Origin: Octopus bimaculoides
Lineage: Eukaryota
Length of the DNA: 64,000 bases
Direction: 5' to 3'
Assembly (NCBI RefSeq): GCF_001194135.2
Contig: NC_068991.1
Coordinates: 23,060,694-23,124,693 of the forward strand
Positions 61,390 through 64,000 of the stretch are shown here, one piece after another. Each line of letters opens with the position of its first letter. The first letter of the stretch is position 1. The notes below the pieces were generated by a model. The model did not search any database, was not told the origin of the DNA, and worked only from the letters and a program-made list of their open reading frames with translations. Both the position numbers and the translations under genes were made by a program.

Positions 61390-63330
61390 CTGGCAGAATG
61401 TTGAACATTGTGGACCCTTGAAATCCAAGCAGTTACAGTACTGGGGCCTAATTCTAGATGGAGAAGACAGGATCTTTGATACTACGCAGTGTTGTCTAGT
61501 TCAATGGTTGATATAGCTGCCAATTCCAATTTGGGAGCTAAACTTTCCAGGATCTTCCACATGTATATCACTGCATATTTCCTATGCCTTTTCTCTAGAG
61601 AGTAGCACTTCAGTTCTTTAGCCTTTCCCAATAGCTCATCTGTTTCACCAAGTCAATTTTCTTTGAGTAGTGGCACTGGATTGTCTCAAATTCTGCCACC
61701 AGTTCGATGCTCTGCAGTGACCACAGTTGGGAGCAGTGATCCAGATGACTGAGAATGAAAATTCTCCATAGGAGCAGCATGGCATCCTTTATCCTAGTTG
61801 TGAATGACCTCAGAACCCATCCAACTACTCAATCTAAGTATGGAATGTTGCATCATTACTCATGTGAATTCCCAGGTCACTGACTGACTGACTCTGGGAT
61901 TGCACTACCTCTGGTCATGCATGCCAGTTTCATCAGCCCATTTGTACATCGCATTCAGGTCATTTTGCAGTTTTAATATGTCATCAGGGTTCTTGATAGC
62001 TTATGAAAGTGTCTGAGAGAGCCATCACAAACAGTAATGGTCCCAGCACAGTTCCTAGAAGAACTCTGCAGTGAAATGATGTCTTCCCAGAGAGAGCACC
62101 ACTGGCTGCAACTGTCTGACTTCTGCCTTTCAAAAAGTCATGCAGCCACTCACCCAGTTTTCCAGTGATACAAAAGTCACGCAGTTTGTGACATATCTCA
62201 TGATTAACTTTGTCGAAGGCTTTGCCATAGTCAAGATATATCACATATACATTTGAGTAGCTGAGCTGCTGGGTCAGTACCCAGTCATAATGCTGTAGTA
62301 GCTGTGTGAAGCAGCTCCTCCCTGAACAAAAGCCATGTTGTGTGTTTGCGAACAAGTTATTTTCTTCCAGAAATGTGATCGGAGATCTTCTGACAATGCA
62401 CTTCATGACCTTGCTAACATGAAGTCAGAGAAGCCTGAAATTTTTAGCATCTGCTCTTCTTTTAACAGTTTGGGAAGTTTACCGCATGCAAAAAAAAACT
62501 CTGCAAAAGTATCTGCAGTAGTTTCGCAAGAGCTTTCTTGCATGTTTGACATCCATCTGGGCCCACTGCTGAGTTTGAATTCATCTCCTCAATGGTTGAT
62601 ATTGCAACTTCTTTTATGTTGATGAAATCAATGGTTGGCTCTTTTCCAGGTAAATCTGCAGTGTTAAAAAAGTTATCAGGCTTGCTTATTTGCAGGCTCC
62701 CCAGCAGATAGGTGAAGACACTTTGGAATTGTTTATTTAGCACTTCACCTGTCCTCCTGTAGTTAAAGAGCCTTCTGCAAACAGTGACTCTATCTTGTAG
62801 AGCACCAAGGCAGATTCTCTCTCAAACATACAGAAAGCTTTAAAGATTCATTTCTATATTTTCCACTGTCCTGGTTTTTCTTTCTACTCTTTAATTTTCA
62901 TGGGAGAGTTTGAGTTTATTTTCAATATCTAAAAGTGCCTTTTTGAGGAGATATTTCTTGCTGTCATTAAGTTACTTGTTTAAGCATTTGGAGATCTTTA
63001 TTCTCTTCATCTCATAAGCACTTTCCTGTTTTGTATGTAATGACTCTCTGGAACAAATTTAATGTATATGGATCACATTATTGACATAAATTCATTAAGT
63101 TTCATATCAATGGCTTCCATAGAGAGACTTTTAAGCCAATTTTGCTAGAGTATCTGTTTTTCAATTGACTGTCAGTCAGCGTTGCAAAAGTTCAAACTGG
63201 ATAGGGTTTGGGTGCTATCTGTTTAGAATACATCATTAATTAGTTTTGGACCATACATCAGTTCTGCTATGTTGTAGTCCAAGAAGATTGTTGGTGATAT
63301 CTTCATATTGTGGATAAGTTCTACATTGCT
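61390..63330 (-). mobile_element. CR1/Jockey-group LINE reverse transcriptase remnant
   Basis: QHGFCSGRSCFTQLL, VIYLDYGKAFDKVNH, WLHDFLKGRSQTV, LGTVLGPLLF; many stops and frameshifts. Confidence 0.9.
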
Positions 63331-63860
63331 GGTGAAGCAGAGTTTTAATATGTTATTGTTTCTGGTTGGGAAGAATATGGTTTGCTGCATGAACAGCATT
63401 TTTGTGAGATCAAGTGAAGATCATACTCGATTGTGCGANNNNNNNNNNNNNNNNNNNNNNNNNNNNNNNNNNNNNNNNNNNNNNNNNNNNNNNNNNNNNN
63501 NNNNNNNNNNNNNNNNNNNNNNNNNNNNNNNNNNNNNNTATATATATATATACATGCATACAGTCCTGGATTTACCATTATGCTTAGGGATGCATAAGCA
63601 CAGGGCCCTGTTGACCAGGGAGCCCATCTTTCTGCCCCCCAAATTTTTTACGGTGACCTTTTCAAATGTCAACATTCCCTGGGCCCTGATAATTCAAAAA
63701 TTTGACTAAGACTGGTTTAAAAAAAAAAAATAATGATTTATCCGGTAACACAATATTTTAACTACTACTAAATTTCTTGAGCATGTATGCCTGACTGTCC
63801 AAGTAAGGGGCCTCATTTGCTCTAAGTCCAATGCTGCATGCACATATATACATACATACA

Positions 63861-63912
<52 letters not shown>

Positions 63913-63916
<4 letters not shown>

Positions 63917-64000
63917 TTCAAGGTGAATATGGTATGGTATTATCCATACAATTCAAAAATAAGGTGATTAAAATCAAAATAAGCAACAAGGATATTCAAA
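63913..64000 (+). mobile_element. Second copy of the 21-505 family, truncated by the window end
   Basis: TAGATTCA...GGTATTATCCATACAATT...GGTGATTAAAATCAAAATAAGCAACAAGGATAT matches positions 21-130 and again follows a (TA)n run. Confidence 0.8.

Overview
AT-rich, microsatellite- and retroelement-dense eukaryotic DNA with six N gaps. The SINE/LINE repertoire looks cephalopod (Octopus-like); this is inferred, not verified. I reconstructed four spliced housekeeping genes by hand, all with GT-AG introns and frame-consistent exons, arranged alternately: WDR92/DNAAF10 (+, 8 exons, 355 aa), MED6 (-, 8 exons, 234 aa), ERH (+, 4 exons, 102 aa, head-to-head with MED6) and PIGH (-, last 4 exons only). Introns and intergenic DNA hold tRNA-derived SINEs, RTE/CR1/Tx1-like LINE remnants, two decayed mariners with TIRs and TA target duplications, and MITE-like elements. 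The most notable signal is a ~350-nt tandem array at 58.0-59.4 kb in which every unit carries a minimal type I hammerhead ribozyme motif with a palindromic stem III, resembling a metazoan retrozyme. Two unrelated foldback elements (106-505 and 12614-13167) carry similar hammerhead motifs.
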